Shown: positions 21,136 to 32,314, counted from the stretch's first letter. The stretch is 64,000 nt of DNA from an uncultured delta proteobacterium (GCA_963815115.1 CAWFFN010000012.1:640001-704000); one strand, 5' to 3'. Numbers and translations: made by a program. Notes: a model not told the origin generated them from the sequence alone.

Positions 21136-21903
21136 ATGGCCCATGACCCGCCCGAGCACGTCCGCCGCAACCGCGAGGTCTGGAACCGCTGGGCGGCCGA
21201 CTACGTGGAGCCCGGTCGGGCCCACTGGGCGCAAGCCGAGCCCCGGTGGGGCATCTGGGGTGTGCGCGAGTCGGCGCTCGGCATCCTTCCACCGGTCGCC
21301 GGCCTGGACACCATCGAGCTCGGCTGCGGTACGGGTTACGTCTCGGCATGGCTGGCACGGCGTGGCGCGCGACCCGTCGGGCTGGACGTCTCCTCCGCAC
21401 AGCTCGCCACCGCCCGCCGCTTCCAGCGCGAGTTCGGACTCGACTTCCCGCTCCTCCAGGCCAGCGCCGAGGCCGTGCCGCTCGCCGGCGAACGCTTCGA
21501 CCTCGCCATCTCGGAGTACGGCGCGTGTCTCTGGGCGGATCCGTACCGCTGGGTGCCGGAGGCGGCGCGGCTGCTCCGTCCCGGCGGATACCTCGTCTTT
21601 CTGACCAACGCCTTCCTGCTGGCGCTCTGCCTGCCCGACGCGGAGAACGCGGTTGCCGGCGACCGGCTGCTGCGCGAAGCCTTCGGCATGCACTGCCTGG
21701 CATGGAGCAGCGGCACCGAGGTCGAGTTTCACCTGCCGCACGGCGAATGGATCCGGCTGCTGCGTGCGAACGGCTTCGAGGTGGAGGAGCTGATCGAGGT
21801 GCGTCCGCCCGCGGACGCGACCTCGCGGTATCCGTTCGTGCCCCTGGACTGGGCGCGCCGCTGGCCGTGCGAGGAGGTGTGGAAGGCGAGGCGGAGGGCG
21901 TGA
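21136..21903 (+). CDS. Class I SAM-dependent methyltransferase
   Basis: IELGCGTG, FDLAISEYGA, LLRPGG. Confidence 0.88.
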   Translation: MAHDPPEHVRRNREVWNRWAADYVEPGRAHWAQAEPRWGIWGVRESALGILPPVAGLDTIELGCGTGYVSAWLARRGARPVGLDVSSAQLATARRFQREFGLDFPLLQASAEAVPLAGERFDLAISEYGACLWADPYRWVPEAARLLRPGGYLVFLTNAFLLALCLPDAENAVAGDRLLREAFGMHCLAWSSGTEVEFHLPHGEWIRLLRANGFEVEELIEVRPPADATSRYPFVPLDWARRWPCEEVWKARRRA

Positions 21904-21937
21904 ACCGCTCGCCGTCAGGGATGCCCGCCGTCGCGGA

Positions 21938-22228
21938 TCAGGTGGCGTGGCTCGCGGGGGATGGGCCGTGGCGGGCCTTCGACCTCGTGCGGGCCTTCGC
22001 CGCTTCCACCTCCCGGTCGCGCGGCGCCGCGCTGGTGACCAGCGAGTCCAGGAGCTCCCGGGCGGCACGGGTCACCTGATCCACGGCGTGCATGAAGGCA
22101 GGCTCGTTCGCCCGCGACGGCCTGGTGAAGCCGCTCAGCTTGCGCACGAACTGGAGGGACGACGCCCGGATCTCGTCCTCGGTGGCGGGCGGCCTGAAGT
22201 TATGCAGCGTCTTTATGTTCCGGCACAT
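21938..22228 (-). CDS. DUF2277 family protein
   Basis: MCRNIKTLHNFxPPATEDEIRAxSLQFVRKLSG signature. Confidence 0.85.
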   Translation of the reverse strand: MCRNIKTLHNFRPPATEDEIRASSLQFVRKLSGFTRPSRANEPAFMHAVDQVTRAARELLDSLVTSAAPRDREVEAAKARTRSKARHGPSPASHAT

Positions 22229-22620
22229 CGGAGGTCCTCGGGGCGGCTGCCGTGCCCGGCGAGCCGGGTCTCGCGGCTCGAACGCCAGCGACGACCCGAT
22301 GAGGTAGTGCACCGGCGCAAGAGGGTCAATCCGGCCGGCGAACCGGTCGCCCGCGGCCGGAGTACGATCGCCGGGTCAGGCGACCGGCGCCGGACAGATC
22401 GCTCCCAAATGTCAACCCCGTCGCGCTCGCACGCGCGCACGGTGGAATCGTCTTGGAGGTGCGAGCCGTCGCGCGGTAGTCGCCGGCCAGGGCTCGTTCC
22501 CGGTCCCCAGGGCCGAGAAAGATCCTGCACAGAGTCTTTGCCTCTAACTTGGGGCTGGTATGTAAAGCCTGAGTATGTCATGGATCGGCGTGCTGCAGGA
22601 GATTCGCGGGAGATTTCGCC

Positions 22621-24840
22621 ATGGAGAACATTCTCAAGTGGTCGCTCGCCCTCGTCGCCGTCGCCCTGCTCCTGCCGGCACACGCAATGACCTGCACGAG
22701 CGACGACGATTGCGCCGATGGCAGCGCCTGCACGCTGAACGAGCGTTGCGACGGTGGGTTCTGCGTGAGCGACCCACTCGGCTGCGACGACGGGAATCCT
22801 TGCACCGCGGATTCGTGCGACGCGGTCGGCGGGTGCCAGCACGTCGATCAACCGGACGATTCCTCGTGCTCCGACGGAAACGTCTGTACCGGTGAGGAGA
22901 CCTGCCACAACGGGAGCTGCACGAATCCGCCCGACCTCGACTGCAACGACGGCAATCCCTGCACCGCGGACTCGTGCGCGACGCCGGGCGGCTGCCGCAA
23001 CACGCCGATCGCCGGTTGCTGCACGGCGAATTCCGACTGCTTCGATGGTAGCCACTGTACCACCAACGAGCGCTGCGACGGCGGCACGTGCGCCAGCGAC
23101 CCGGTCGACTGCAATGACGGCAACGCGTGCACCAACGACTCGTGCGATCCGGCGGTCGGCTGTCGCAACATCCCGGTGGTGGACGGGATCGCCTGCGGCG
23201 GTGACGGCGACGTGTGCAACGGCACCGAGACCTGCCAGGGCGGGAGCTGTGCGCCCGGCACGCCGCCGTCCTGCGACGACGACAACCCCTGCACGACGGA
23301 CGGATGCGATTCGGTCGCCGGGTGCACCGTGCAGACCATCCCGGGGTGCTGCAATACCGACGCGGACTGCACCGACTCCTCGGCCTGCACCGTCAACGAG
23401 CGCTGCGTCTCGCACGCGTGCGCGAGCGATCCGCTGACGTGCGACGACGGCAATCCGTGCACGACCGACAGCTGCAGCGCCGCGACCGGGTGTACCTTCA
23501 CCGCGGTGCCGAACGGACAGTCCTGCGGGGACCTCGATCCCTGCAACGGCCAGGAGAGCTGCCAGTCCGGGACGTGCGTCCAGGGGACGGCGCCGCTGTG
23601 CGACGACGGCAACCCCTGCACGGTCGACGCCTGCGACTCGGGCAGCGGATGCACGCACACGGCCGTCGCGGGCTGCTGCACGTCGGACGCGCAATGCGCC
23701 GACGGCGATGCCTGCACGGTGAACGAGCGCTGCGTCGCCGGAAGCTGCACGAGCGATCCGCGCAACTGCCAGGACGGCAACCCCTGTACCCAGGATGCCT
23801 GCGTCTCCGCGGTGGGGTGCGTGAACACCCCGCTGCTCGACGGCACCACCTGCCCCGACGGCAACCCGTGCAACGGCCATAACCTGTGCAGCTCCGGCGT
23901 CTGCCTTCCCGGCACGCCCCCCAATTGCAACGACAACAACCCCTGCACCAACGACTCCTGCAGCCCCGCGAGCGGCTGCCAGCATTCGGCGATCGCCGGG
24001 TGCTGCACCAGCGATGCGGACTGTGGGGACAGCGACCTGTGCACGCTGAACGAGCACTGCTTGCCGTCGCACACCTGCCAGAGCACGCCGCGCAACTGCG
24101 ACGACGGCAACGTCTGCACCGAGGACACCTGCAACCCGGCCTCCGGGTGCGTCCACTCCCCCGCCAACGGCCCGTGCAACGACGGCGATCTCTGCACCAG
24201 CAACGACAAGTGCAACGCCGGCAGCTGTGCCGGCGTACCCGTGGTCTGCAGCGACGGCAACTACTGTGACGGAACCGAGACCTGCAACGAGGCCACGGGG
24301 GCTTGCCAGGCCGGTGGGACGCTTCCCTGCTCGCCAGGCGGTCGCAGCCCGCTCCGCACCTGCACGGCGGAATGGTACGTCGACGATCCGAACAATCTCG
24401 GGGGAGCTCTGGCGAAGAAACACGTGTGCCGGCAGGGCGACTCGAGCTGCGATCACGACTCGTCGGCGACCACGTGTACCTTCCGGGTCGCCGTGTGCCT
24501 GCGCGTCCCCGACCCGCGCTTCGTTCCGGCGTGCACGCTCGCCGACGTGAGCGGCTACGAGCTGCCGCGGTCGCTGCTCAAGCGCAGCACCGGGATCGCG
24601 AGCGCCCTGATGGCCGCCCTCGATTCGCTGCCGGGCGCGCGCGTCGGCGGGATGTTCTCGAACTCCGTGACCTTCAGCCCGGTGGTCGACGAGACCGAGT
24701 GCACGCCGCTGTTCTCGGTGCCCGTGGCGCTCGGGAAGAAGCTGACGCTCAAGGGCATCGCGACGACGGTTCCAGGCGGAATACGAGGAACCGAGATCCG
24801 CGACAAGGACAAGCTGAAGCTGGCCTGCACGGCGGCGTGA
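22621..24840 (+). CDS. Secreted cysteine-rich repeat protein (CDDGNPCTxDxC, Dictyostelium/myxobacterial-type) with distinct C-terminal domain
   Basis: Signal peptide, repeated CxDGNxCT units in an about 109-aa super-repeat. Confidence 0.85.
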   Translation: MENILKWSLALVAVALLLPAHAMTCTSDDDCADGSACTLNERCDGGFCVSDPLGCDDGNPCTADSCDAVGGCQHVDQPDDSSCSDGNVCTGEETCHNGSCTNPPDLDCNDGNPCTADSCATPGGCRNTPIAGCCTANSDCFDGSHCTTNERCDGGTCASDPVDCNDGNACTNDSCDPAVGCRNIPVVDGIACGGDGDVCNGTETCQGGSCAPGTPPSCDDDNPCTTDGCDSVAGCTVQTIPGCCNTDADCTDSSACTVNERCVSHACASDPLTCDDGNPCTTDSCSAATGCTFTAVPNGQSCGDLDPCNGQESCQSGTCVQGTAPLCDDGNPCTVDACDSGSGCTHTAVAGCCTSDAQCADGDACTVNERCVAGSCTSDPRNCQDGNPCTQDACVSAVGCVNTPLLDGTTCPDGNPCNGHNLCSSGVCLPGTPPNCNDNNPCTNDSCSPASGCQHSAIAGCCTSDADCGDSDLCTLNEHCLPSHTCQSTPRNCDDGNVCTEDTCNPASGCVHSPANGPCNDGDLCTSNDKCNAGSCAGVPVVCSDGNYCDGTETCNEATGACQAGGTLPCSPGGRSPLRTCTAEWYVDDPNNLGGALAKKHVCRQGDSSCDHDSSATTCTFRVAVCLRVPDPRFVPACTLADVSGYELPRSLLKRSTGIASALMAALDSLPGARVGGMFSNSVTFSPVVDETECTPLFSVPVALGKKLTLKGIATTVPGGIRGTEIRDKDKLKLACTAA

Positions 24841-24977
24841 TCGAGCGGCCGTTCCGGCGCGCTCACTCGCTCGAAGGGTACCCGGTCACCGGAGCCGGGT
24901 GGCACGCTTCGTCAGGGCGACGGGGCCGGTATAGAGTCGTTGCGATTCCGCAAGCCCCGACACAGGAAGGTGCCCGG

Positions 24978-26048
24978 ATGGAGGCCGCGGCACCCGGCGT
25001 ACCCGGGACCCTCGCCGAGCCGGGACTGCCGATGCGGGCGGAGTTCTGCGGCAACGGGACCGAGTACTTCCGGATCTGGGTCGTGAACCTCCTGCTCAGC
25101 CTGGCGACCCTGGGCATCTACTCGGCATGGGCGAAGGTGCGGCGCGAGCGGTACTTCCATCGCAGCACCCGGCTCGCCGGGGCCTCCTTCGACTGGGATG
25201 CCAGGCCCGTCAGCATTCTGCGGGGGCGGATCCTGGCGATCGGGTTGATCGTCCTGGTGCAGGTGGCGGGCGTGTTCAGTCGGCTCGTCGCGGCGGCGTC
25301 GGTGGTCGCGCTCGCCGCCGCGGTTCCCTGGCTGCTGACCGCGGCCCTGCGGTTCCGCCTGTACCACACCGTGCATCGCGGCCTGCGATTCGGCTTCCGG
25401 GGGCAAGTGGGGGAGGCCGCGCGCGCGTTCCTTCTCTGGCCCGCGCTCGCCGCGCTCACGCTCGGAGCGCTCGCGCCGGCCGCGATCCAGAGACGGCAGC
25501 GCTTCGTCTACGGCAACGCGACCTTCGGGGCGAGCGCGTTCGAGAACGACCTGTCCGTCCGGCACGTCTACCGGGTCTGTGTCGGGGTGTCGCTCACGCT
25601 GCTCGCAACCATCGCCGTCCTGGTGGGACTGGTGTTTCTCGGCGGCGGCATCGAGGCGATGCGGAGCGCCTCGCCGTCGCGCCGCACGACTCTGGTGGTG
25701 TGCGCCGTGCTCGCGATGGTCGTGGGCCTCTCGACGACGGGCGCCGTCTACCGGGTGCGCCTCGCCAATCTCACGTGGAACCATCTGCGCCTCGGCCCGC
25801 ATCGCTTCCGCAGCGACCAGACGGTGCCGTCGTACCTGGCGCTCAACCTCGGCAACCTGATCGGGATGCTCGTGACGCTCGGTCTCTTCCGTCCCTGGGC
25901 CGCCGTACGCCGGGCACGCTACCGCGCCGGGCATCTCACCCTGCTGCCCGGCGCCAGCCTCGACGACCTGGTCGCAGGCGCCGGCGACCCTCAACCCGCG
26001 CTCGCCGACGAGGTCGCCGGCCTGCTCGGCTTCGACATCGGGTTCTGA
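24978..26048 (+). CDS. YjgN/DUF898 family membrane protein
   Basis: FxGxGxEYFRIWVVNLLLSxxTLGIYSAWAKVR, TLGLFRPWAAVR. Confidence 0.88.
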   Translation: MEAAAPGVPGTLAEPGLPMRAEFCGNGTEYFRIWVVNLLLSLATLGIYSAWAKVRRERYFHRSTRLAGASFDWDARPVSILRGRILAIGLIVLVQVAGVFSRLVAAASVVALAAAVPWLLTAALRFRLYHTVHRGLRFGFRGQVGEAARAFLLWPALAALTLGALAPAAIQRRQRFVYGNATFGASAFENDLSVRHVYRVCVGVSLTLLATIAVLVGLVFLGGGIEAMRSASPSRRTTLVVCAVLAMVVGLSTTGAVYRVRLANLTWNHLRLGPHRFRSDQTVPSYLALNLGNLIGMLVTLGLFRPWAAVRRARYRAGHLTLLPGASLDDLVAGAGDPQPALADEVAGLLGFDIGF

Positions 26049-26061
26049 GGCCTGCGGATCG

Positions 26062-27060
26062 ATGCTCCGGGCGCGCTTCTTCGACGGCAGGACCTCGCGG
26101 GAGCGGCAGGTGGCGCTGCGCCGCGAGGGAGACGTCCTGCGCCTCGACGGCGAGCACGTGCCGTTCGCCGTCCCGCTGCGCCAGCTCGAAGTCGGTGAAG
26201 CGACGGGGCACGGGGGGCGGATGCTGGTGCTGCCGGATGGTGCTCGCTGCGAGGTCGATGCCGGTCCGGAGCTCGAGCGCTTCCTCGCCGTCATCGGGCA
26301 CCGCGACGGGCGCGTCGCACGCTGGCAGGCCCGGTGGAGCGTCGTCGTGGGGGCGCTGCTCGTCGGCGGCGTCGTGCTCGTCGCGGGATACCGCGTCGGG
26401 CTTCCCTGGCTGGCGGAACGCCTGGCGCGCAAGGTGCCCGGGCGATGGGTGCAGGTTCTCGGGACGCACACGCTGGCCACGCTCGACCGCACCGTGTTCC
26501 AGCCGTCGCAGCTCGCGCCCGAGCGCCTGAAGCACTTGAGGACGCTGGAGGCGGGATTGCGGGACCCGGCGGGCGAGCTGCCGCCGCATGCGCTCGTGCT
26601 CCGCGACTGTCCCGCCCTCGGCGCCAACGCCTTCGCGCTGCCCGGCGGGGACGTCGTCGTCACCGATGCCCTGGCCGACATCGCCAGCGACGACGAGCTG
26701 CTCGGGGCGCTCGCGCACGAGCTCGGTCACCTGCACGCACGGCACGCGTTGCGGCAGCTGATCCAGTCGTCGGCGGTGGCGGCGGTCGCGGCGTACTGGT
26801 TCGGCGACGTCAGCGGGCTCGCGGCCGGTGTGTCGGCGAGCCTGCTGCAGGCCAAGTACTCGCGCGACTTCGAGATCGAGGCCGACGCCTACGCGGCCCG
26901 GGTGCTGCGGGCCAGCGGGCACAGCACCCGCGGGCTCGCGAAGCTCCTGGCCCGGCTCGAACGCCTCTCCGGGTCGGCGGACAGCCCGCCCGACGCCGCC
27001 GCCTACCTGTCGTCACATCCGCCCACCGCCGAGCGCATCAGGCGGCTGCGCGCCTCATGA
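26062..27060 (+). CDS. M48 family Zn metallopeptidase
   Basis: NAFALPGG, AHELGH, YSRDFExEAD, SHP. Confidence 0.9.
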   Translation: MLRARFFDGRTSRERQVALRREGDVLRLDGEHVPFAVPLRQLEVGEATGHGGRMLVLPDGARCEVDAGPELERFLAVIGHRDGRVARWQARWSVVVGALLVGGVVLVAGYRVGLPWLAERLARKVPGRWVQVLGTHTLATLDRTVFQPSQLAPERLKHLRTLEAGLRDPAGELPPHALVLRDCPALGANAFALPGGDVVVTDALADIASDDELLGALAHELGHLHARHALRQLIQSSAVAAVAAYWFGDVSGLAAGVSASLLQAKYSRDFEIEADAYAARVLRASGHSTRGLAKLLARLERLSGSADSPPDAAAYLSSHPPTAERIRRLRAS

Positions 27061-27125
27061 GCCGGGAGTCCGTCGACGCCCCGCCAGGCTGGCGTTTCCG
27101 GGCCGCCGCGTCTATCCCACGATCC

Positions 27126-27893
27126 ATGCCGAGTCCCACGCCCGAGACCGTCCTCCTGGAGCGCGACGACGCCGTTCTCCTGATCACCTTCAACCGACCC
27201 GCACGGCGCAACGCCCTCGACCGGCGGATGTGGCGCGAGCTGCGGGAGGCCTTCGTCGATGCGCAGGACGACGCGGCCGTGCACGTCGTGGTGGTCACGG
27301 GGAGCGGGAGCGCGTTCTCCGCCGGGCAGGACCTGAGCGAGATGTCGGGCGAGGACGATCCCGGGTTCGGCGCCTTCATGGATTGCCTGTGCCGGTTCGA
27401 CAAGCCGCTGCTGGCGGCGGTGAACGGCGTGGGCGTCGGGTTCGGCCTCACGCTCCTGCTCCACTGCGACGTCGTCTACATCGCCGAGGGGGCGCGCCTG
27501 CGCCCGCCGTTCGTCACGCTCGGCGTCGTGCCCGAGGCGGCCAGCAGCCATCTCCTGCCCGCGATCATCGGCTGGCAGCGCGCGGCCGAAGCGCTCTTCA
27601 CCGCCGACTGGATCGACGCCGGACGCGCCGTCGAGCTGGGCATCGCGAGCCGTCTCTGCCGTCCCGACGAGCTGCTGCCCGCCCTGCGAGCCGTCGCCGA
27701 GCGTATCGCGCGCCAGCCCCCGCAGGCGGTGCGGCACACCAAGCGGCTCATGATGGCGACGCGCGCCGAGGGGATCCGCGCCGCGCGGGCGCGCGAGGAC
27801 GAGGCCTTCGCGGAGCGTGTGGGCACAGCGGAGAACCTGGAGGCGATCGCCGCCTTCTTCGAGAAGCGCGCGCCCGATTTCTCCCGACGCTGA
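27126..27893 (+). CDS. Enoyl-CoA hydratase/isomerase (crotonase) family
   Basis: NRPxRRNAL, FSAGQDL, KPLLAAVNG, PEAASS. Confidence 0.9.
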   Translation: MPSPTPETVLLERDDAVLLITFNRPARRNALDRRMWRELREAFVDAQDDAAVHVVVVTGSGSAFSAGQDLSEMSGEDDPGFGAFMDCLCRFDKPLLAAVNGVGVGFGLTLLLHCDVVYIAEGARLRPPFVTLGVVPEAASSHLLPAIIGWQRAAEALFTADWIDAGRAVELGIASRLCRPDELLPALRAVAERIARQPPQAVRHTKRLMMATRAEGIRAARAREDEAFAERVGTAENLEAIAAFFEKRAPDFSRR

Positions 27894-27925
27894 GCGCCGG
27901 TTGTCGCGGCCGGACGTTCCGCGCT

Positions 27926-28636
27926 ATGGCCGCCGGCATGCCCAAGGCTGCTCCGCCGGCGCGCTTCGAGGGCTTCGCCGACCGCGACGCGCGGTTCTTC
28001 CGGGCCCTGGCACGCAATCAGCGCCGGGAGTGGTTCGAGGCGCACCGCGAGGAGTACGAGAAGGGCTGGCTGGCGCCCATGAAGGCGCTCCTGTCCCAGG
28101 TCCGCGAGCGGGTCGAGGGCGTGTTCCCGCTCGAGCCGCTGGCGGTGAAGGTCTTTCGCATCCATCGCGACGTGCGCTTCTCGAAGGACAAGTCGCCCTA
28201 CAAGACGCACATCGGCGGCTACGTGGCGACCGAGGGCGATCGCTCGGGACCGTCCGCGACGGCGGTGCTCTATTTTCACGTCGGCGCCAAGGAGCTCTTC
28301 GTCGCCTCCGGCCAGTACATGATGGACGGCCCGCAGCTGGCGCGCTTCCGGGCGGCGCTCCTCGACGAGCGCTCGGGCGGCGAGCTGACGGCGATCCTGA
28401 AGAAGCTGACGCGCGCCGGATTCGGCATCGGCTCGCACGATGCGCTCCAGCGCGTGCCGCGCGGCATCGACCCCGACCATCCGCGCGCCGACCTGCTGAA
28501 GCGCAAGGGGCTCATCGTCTCCTTTCCCGAGCCGCCGCGCGCGCTCCTCGTCCGCCCGACCCTCGTCGACTGGCTGGTACGGCACACGAAGCGCGCCGCG
28601 CCGCTGGTCGAGTGGCTCGGGTCGCTGAGCGACTGA
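27926..28636 (+). CDS. DUF2461 family protein
   Basis: NQRREWF, FRIHRDVRFSKDKSPYKT, LQRVPRG. Confidence 0.88.
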   Translation: MAAGMPKAAPPARFEGFADRDARFFRALARNQRREWFEAHREEYEKGWLAPMKALLSQVRERVEGVFPLEPLAVKVFRIHRDVRFSKDKSPYKTHIGGYVATEGDRSGPSATAVLYFHVGAKELFVASGQYMMDGPQLARFRAALLDERSGGELTAILKKLTRAGFGIGSHDALQRVPRGIDPDHPRADLLKRKGLIVSFPEPPRALLVRPTLVDWLVRHTKRAAPLVEWLGSLSD

Positions 28637-28707
28637 ACGACCGCCCGCCGCGCGCCCGTGGCGACGACGGAATCACCCTGGTAAGGTCCGCCGCCGGAGG
28701 ATCCCGC

Positions 28708-29847
28708 ATGCTCGGCTTCACCCTGAACGAGGAGCAGGAGGCGTTTCGCCTCGCCGTCCGCGGCTTCGCCGAGCGCTCGCTCGCGCCGCGCGTCGAGGAG
28801 CTCGAGCGCAGCGAGACCTTTCCGCTGGACCTGTTCCGCGAGCTCGGCCGGCTCGGCTACCTCGGGGTCGGCTATCCGGAGGAATACGGCGGGAGCGGCG
28901 GTGACATGGTGATGCGCTGCCTGCTCATCGAGGAGATCGCGCGCGTCAACTGCGGCTTCGCCGCCGCGCTGCTCGCCCACGTTGGCCTCGGCTGCATTCC
29001 GCTGCTGCGCTTCGGCACGGAGGAGCAGAAGCGCGAGTTCCTGGTGCCGGCGCTGCGCGGCGACAAGCTCGGCTGCTGGGGGCTCTCCGAACCCAACGCG
29101 GGCTCCGATGCGGCCTCGATCCGCACCACGGCGGAGCGCCACGGCGACCAGTACGTGATCAACGGCTCCAAGATGTTCATCACCAACGGCAACATCGCCG
29201 ACTACTGCCTCATCGCCGCCTACACCGACCGCACCAAGCGCGGCACCGGGATCAGCACGTTCGTGGTGGATACCAAGACGGCGGGGTTCCACGTCTCGCG
29301 GAAGCTCAGGAAGACCGGGCATCACACCTCCGAGACGGCCGCGCTGACCTTCGAGGACCTGCGCGTGCCGGCGACGGCGCTGCTCGGCGGTGTCGAGGGC
29401 GGGTTCAAGCAGGTGACCGGCACGCTCGAAGGCGGCCGCATCACGCATGCGGCGCGCTCCGTCGGTGTGAGCCAGGCCGCCCTCGAGGCGGCGCTCGGGT
29501 ACGCCCGCGAGCGCGAGCAGTTCGGCCAGAAGATCGCCAAGTTCCAGGCCATCAAGTTCAAGCTGGCCCGGATGGGCATGGAGGTCGAGACCGCCCGGAC
29601 GGCGATGTGGCGTGCGGCATGGCTCTTCGACCGCGGTCCCTGCATGCGCGAAGCCGCCATGGCGAAGCTCTTCGCCTCCGAGGTGGCGCAGCGGGTCACC
29701 TGGGAAGCGATGCAGATCCACGGCGGCTACGGCTACATCACGGAGTTCCCGGTCGAGCGTTACTGGCGCGATGCGCGGCTGATGACGATCACGGAGGGGA
29801 CGACGGAGATCCAGCTCACGATCATCGCGCGCGAGCTGGGGCTGTAG
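28708..29847 (+). CDS. Acyl-CoA dehydrogenase
   Basis: LSEPNAGSD, NGSKMFITNG, QIHGGYGY, TEGTTEIQ. Confidence 0.93.
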   Translation: MLGFTLNEEQEAFRLAVRGFAERSLAPRVEELERSETFPLDLFRELGRLGYLGVGYPEEYGGSGGDMVMRCLLIEEIARVNCGFAAALLAHVGLGCIPLLRFGTEEQKREFLVPALRGDKLGCWGLSEPNAGSDAASIRTTAERHGDQYVINGSKMFITNGNIADYCLIAAYTDRTKRGTGISTFVVDTKTAGFHVSRKLRKTGHHTSETAALTFEDLRVPATALLGGVEGGFKQVTGTLEGGRITHAARSVGVSQAALEAALGYAREREQFGQKIAKFQAIKFKLARMGMEVETARTAMWRAAWLFDRGPCMREAAMAKLFASEVAQRVTWEAMQIHGGYGYITEFPVERYWRDARLMTITEGTTEIQLTIIARELGL

Positions 29848-29848
29848 C

Positions 29849-30544
29849 TTGCGACCGACCGTCGTCCTCTTCGACGTCGACGGCACGCTGCTGTCTGCCG
29901 GCGGCGCGGGCCGCCGCGCGCTGGAGCGTGCCTTCGCGGCCCACTGCGGGACGTCGGCCCCGCTGCACGACCTGCGCTTCAACGGCATGACCGACCCCGG
30001 CATCGTGCGCGCGGGGCTGGAGCAGCTCGGGCAGCCCGTCGAGCCGCAGCTGGTGGCGGCGATCCTCGCGGACTACGTCGGCCTGCTCGGTGACGAGCTG
30101 GCGCGGACGGCGGGCTTCGCGGTGCACGCCGGAGTGACCGCGATCCTCGACCAGCTCGCCGGCCGGAGCCAGGTGGCGGTCGGCCTCGGCACCGGGAACC
30201 TGCGCGACGGTGCGCGCCTGAAGCTCGCGCGCGCCGGCCTCGCGGCGTACTTCGCTTTCGGCGGCTTCGGCAGCGACCACGAGGATCGCGCCGAGCTCCT
30301 CCGCATCGGCGCGGCGCGGGGGGTGGCCCGGCTGGGGGCGCCCGCCGGGTGCTGCCGCATCGTGGTGGTCGGCGACACGCCGCTCGACGTCGCCGCGGCG
30401 GCGGCCATCGGCGCCGCGTCGCTCGGCGTCGCGACCGGCGGCTGCACGGCCGACGTGCTCCGCGCCGCCGGCGCCACCTGGGCAGTCGAGGACCTGACCG
30501 CGCCCGGCGCACGCGCAGCGCTCTGGGAAGGAGAGACGGCATGA
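29849..30544 (+). CDS. HAD-superfamily hydrolase (TTG start)
   Basis: FDVDGTL, GTGN, VGDTPLDV. Confidence 0.87.
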   Translation: MRPTVVLFDVDGTLLSAGGAGRRALERAFAAHCGTSAPLHDLRFNGMTDPGIVRAGLEQLGQPVEPQLVAAILADYVGLLGDELARTAGFAVHAGVTAILDQLAGRSQVAVGLGTGNLRDGARLKLARAGLAAYFAFGGFGSDHEDRAELLRIGAARGVARLGAPAGCCRIVVVGDTPLDVAAAAAIGAASLGVATGGCTADVLRAAGATWAVEDLTAPGARAALWEGETA

Positions 30545-32314
30545 GACGGGTGATCGGACGCGATCCTCGCCACCATCGGCGCCGTGGTCGTCGGGGTGGC
30601 GGTGCTGGGGGCCGGCGCGCGGCTCCTCTGGCGCGGGCATCTGCCGGCACGCACGATCGTCGAGATCGACCTCGACCAGCCGCTGGCGGAGTTCGTGCCC
30701 GACGATCCGCTGGCCGGCCTGCTGCGCGGGCGCCGGCCCCGGCTGCGCGACGTGCTCGACGGGCTCCAGCGCGCGGCCTCGGACGACCACGTGCTCGCCC
30801 TCGTCGGCCACATCAGCACCGGGGCGGCCGGGCTCGGGCAGATACAGGAGCTGCGGGACGCGGTGGTCTCGTTTCGCGCCAGCGGAAAGCGAACGGTCGC
30901 GTTCGGCGAGGCCTTCGGCGAGTCCGGGCCCGGCAACGGGGCGTACTACCTCGCCACCGCCTTCGACGAGATCTACCTGCAGCCGTCGGGCGACGTCGGC
31001 CTCACCGGGATCCTGGCCGAGTCGCCGTTCGTGAAGGGCACGCTCGACAAGCTCGGGATCGTGCCCCGCTTCGGCGCGCGCGGCGAGTACAAGACGGCCG
31101 TGAACATGTTCACGGAGCGCCATTTCACGGAGAAGCACCGCGCGGCGACCTCGCGCATCGTGGCGTCGCAGTTCGGGCAGATCGTGCAGGGCATCAGCTC
31201 GGCACGGAAGCTGCCGGAGGCCGACGTGCGCGCGATCGTGGACCGCGCGCCGCTGTCGGCGCAGCAGGCGCTCGAGGCTCATCTCGTCGACGGGCTCGCG
31301 TACCGCGACGAGGTCTACGCCAAGCTCGAGGGCGGCGGCGAGAAGCCGACCCGGCTGCCGCTGCTGCGCTACCTCGGGCGCGCCGGGCCGCCGCCCGAGA
31401 ACGGCGACACGGTGGCGCTGATCCACGGCGTGGGAACGGTCCAGCGCGGCAAGAGCGGCATCGACCCCCTGTCGGGGGACGTGAGCATGGGCAGCGAGAC
31501 CGTCTCGGCGGCGTTTCGCAGCGCCGTCGACGACTCGGACGTGAAGGCGATCCTGTTCCGCATCGACAGCCCCGGCGGGTCCTACGTCGCCTCCGATACC
31601 ATCTGGCGCGAGGTGTCCAGGGCGCGAGCCGCCGGCAAGCCGGTGGTCGTCTCCATGGGCAACGTCGCCGCCTCCGGCGGCTACTTCGTCGCCATGCCGG
31701 CCGACCGGATCGTGGCGCAGCCCGGCACGATCACCGGCTCGATCGGCGTCTTCTCGGGCAAGATGATCCTCCCGGCCTTCTGGGAGAAGCTCGGCGTCAC
31801 GTGGGACGAGGTGCACACCGGCACCAACGCGACGATGTGGTCCAGCCTGAGCGACTTCAGCCCCAGCGAGCGCGCGCGCTTCGACGCCGAGCTCGATCGC
31901 GTCTACGCCGACTTCACCAGCAAGGCCGCCGAGGGCCGGAAGCTGCCGAAGGAGCGCGTGCTCGAGATCGCGCAGGGCCGGGTGTGGACCGGGGAGGACG
32001 CCCTCGGCATCGGGCTGGTCGACGCGCTGGGCGGGTACGGCGAAGCGCTGCGCCTGGTGCGCGAGACGCTCGGCCTCGCGCCGGACGCCCCGCTGCGCCT
32101 GCAGGCGTTCCCGCCCGCCCGCGGTCTGCTCGCCGGGCTCGTCGAGCGGTTCTTCGCGCCGCCCGACGACGACACCGACGACGAGGAGGCCGTCTCCGCG
32201 ACGCTGCGTGCGGCGCTGGAGACCGTGCACTCGGTGACCCACGCGCTGCGTGCGGTCGGGCTGCTCGCGGAGGAGGGGCCGCTCGTGACGCCGGAGGTGT
32301 CGGGACGCTGGTGA
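30541..32314 (+). CDS. sppA: Signal peptide peptidase SppA (67K type); one extra base near 30562 separates the ATG from the main frame
   Basis: GEYKTA, RIDSPGGS, SMGNVAASGGY, TGSIGV, GRVWTG; N-terminus reads MRRVIGR/ILATIGAVVV across a +1 shift. Confidence 0.88.
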
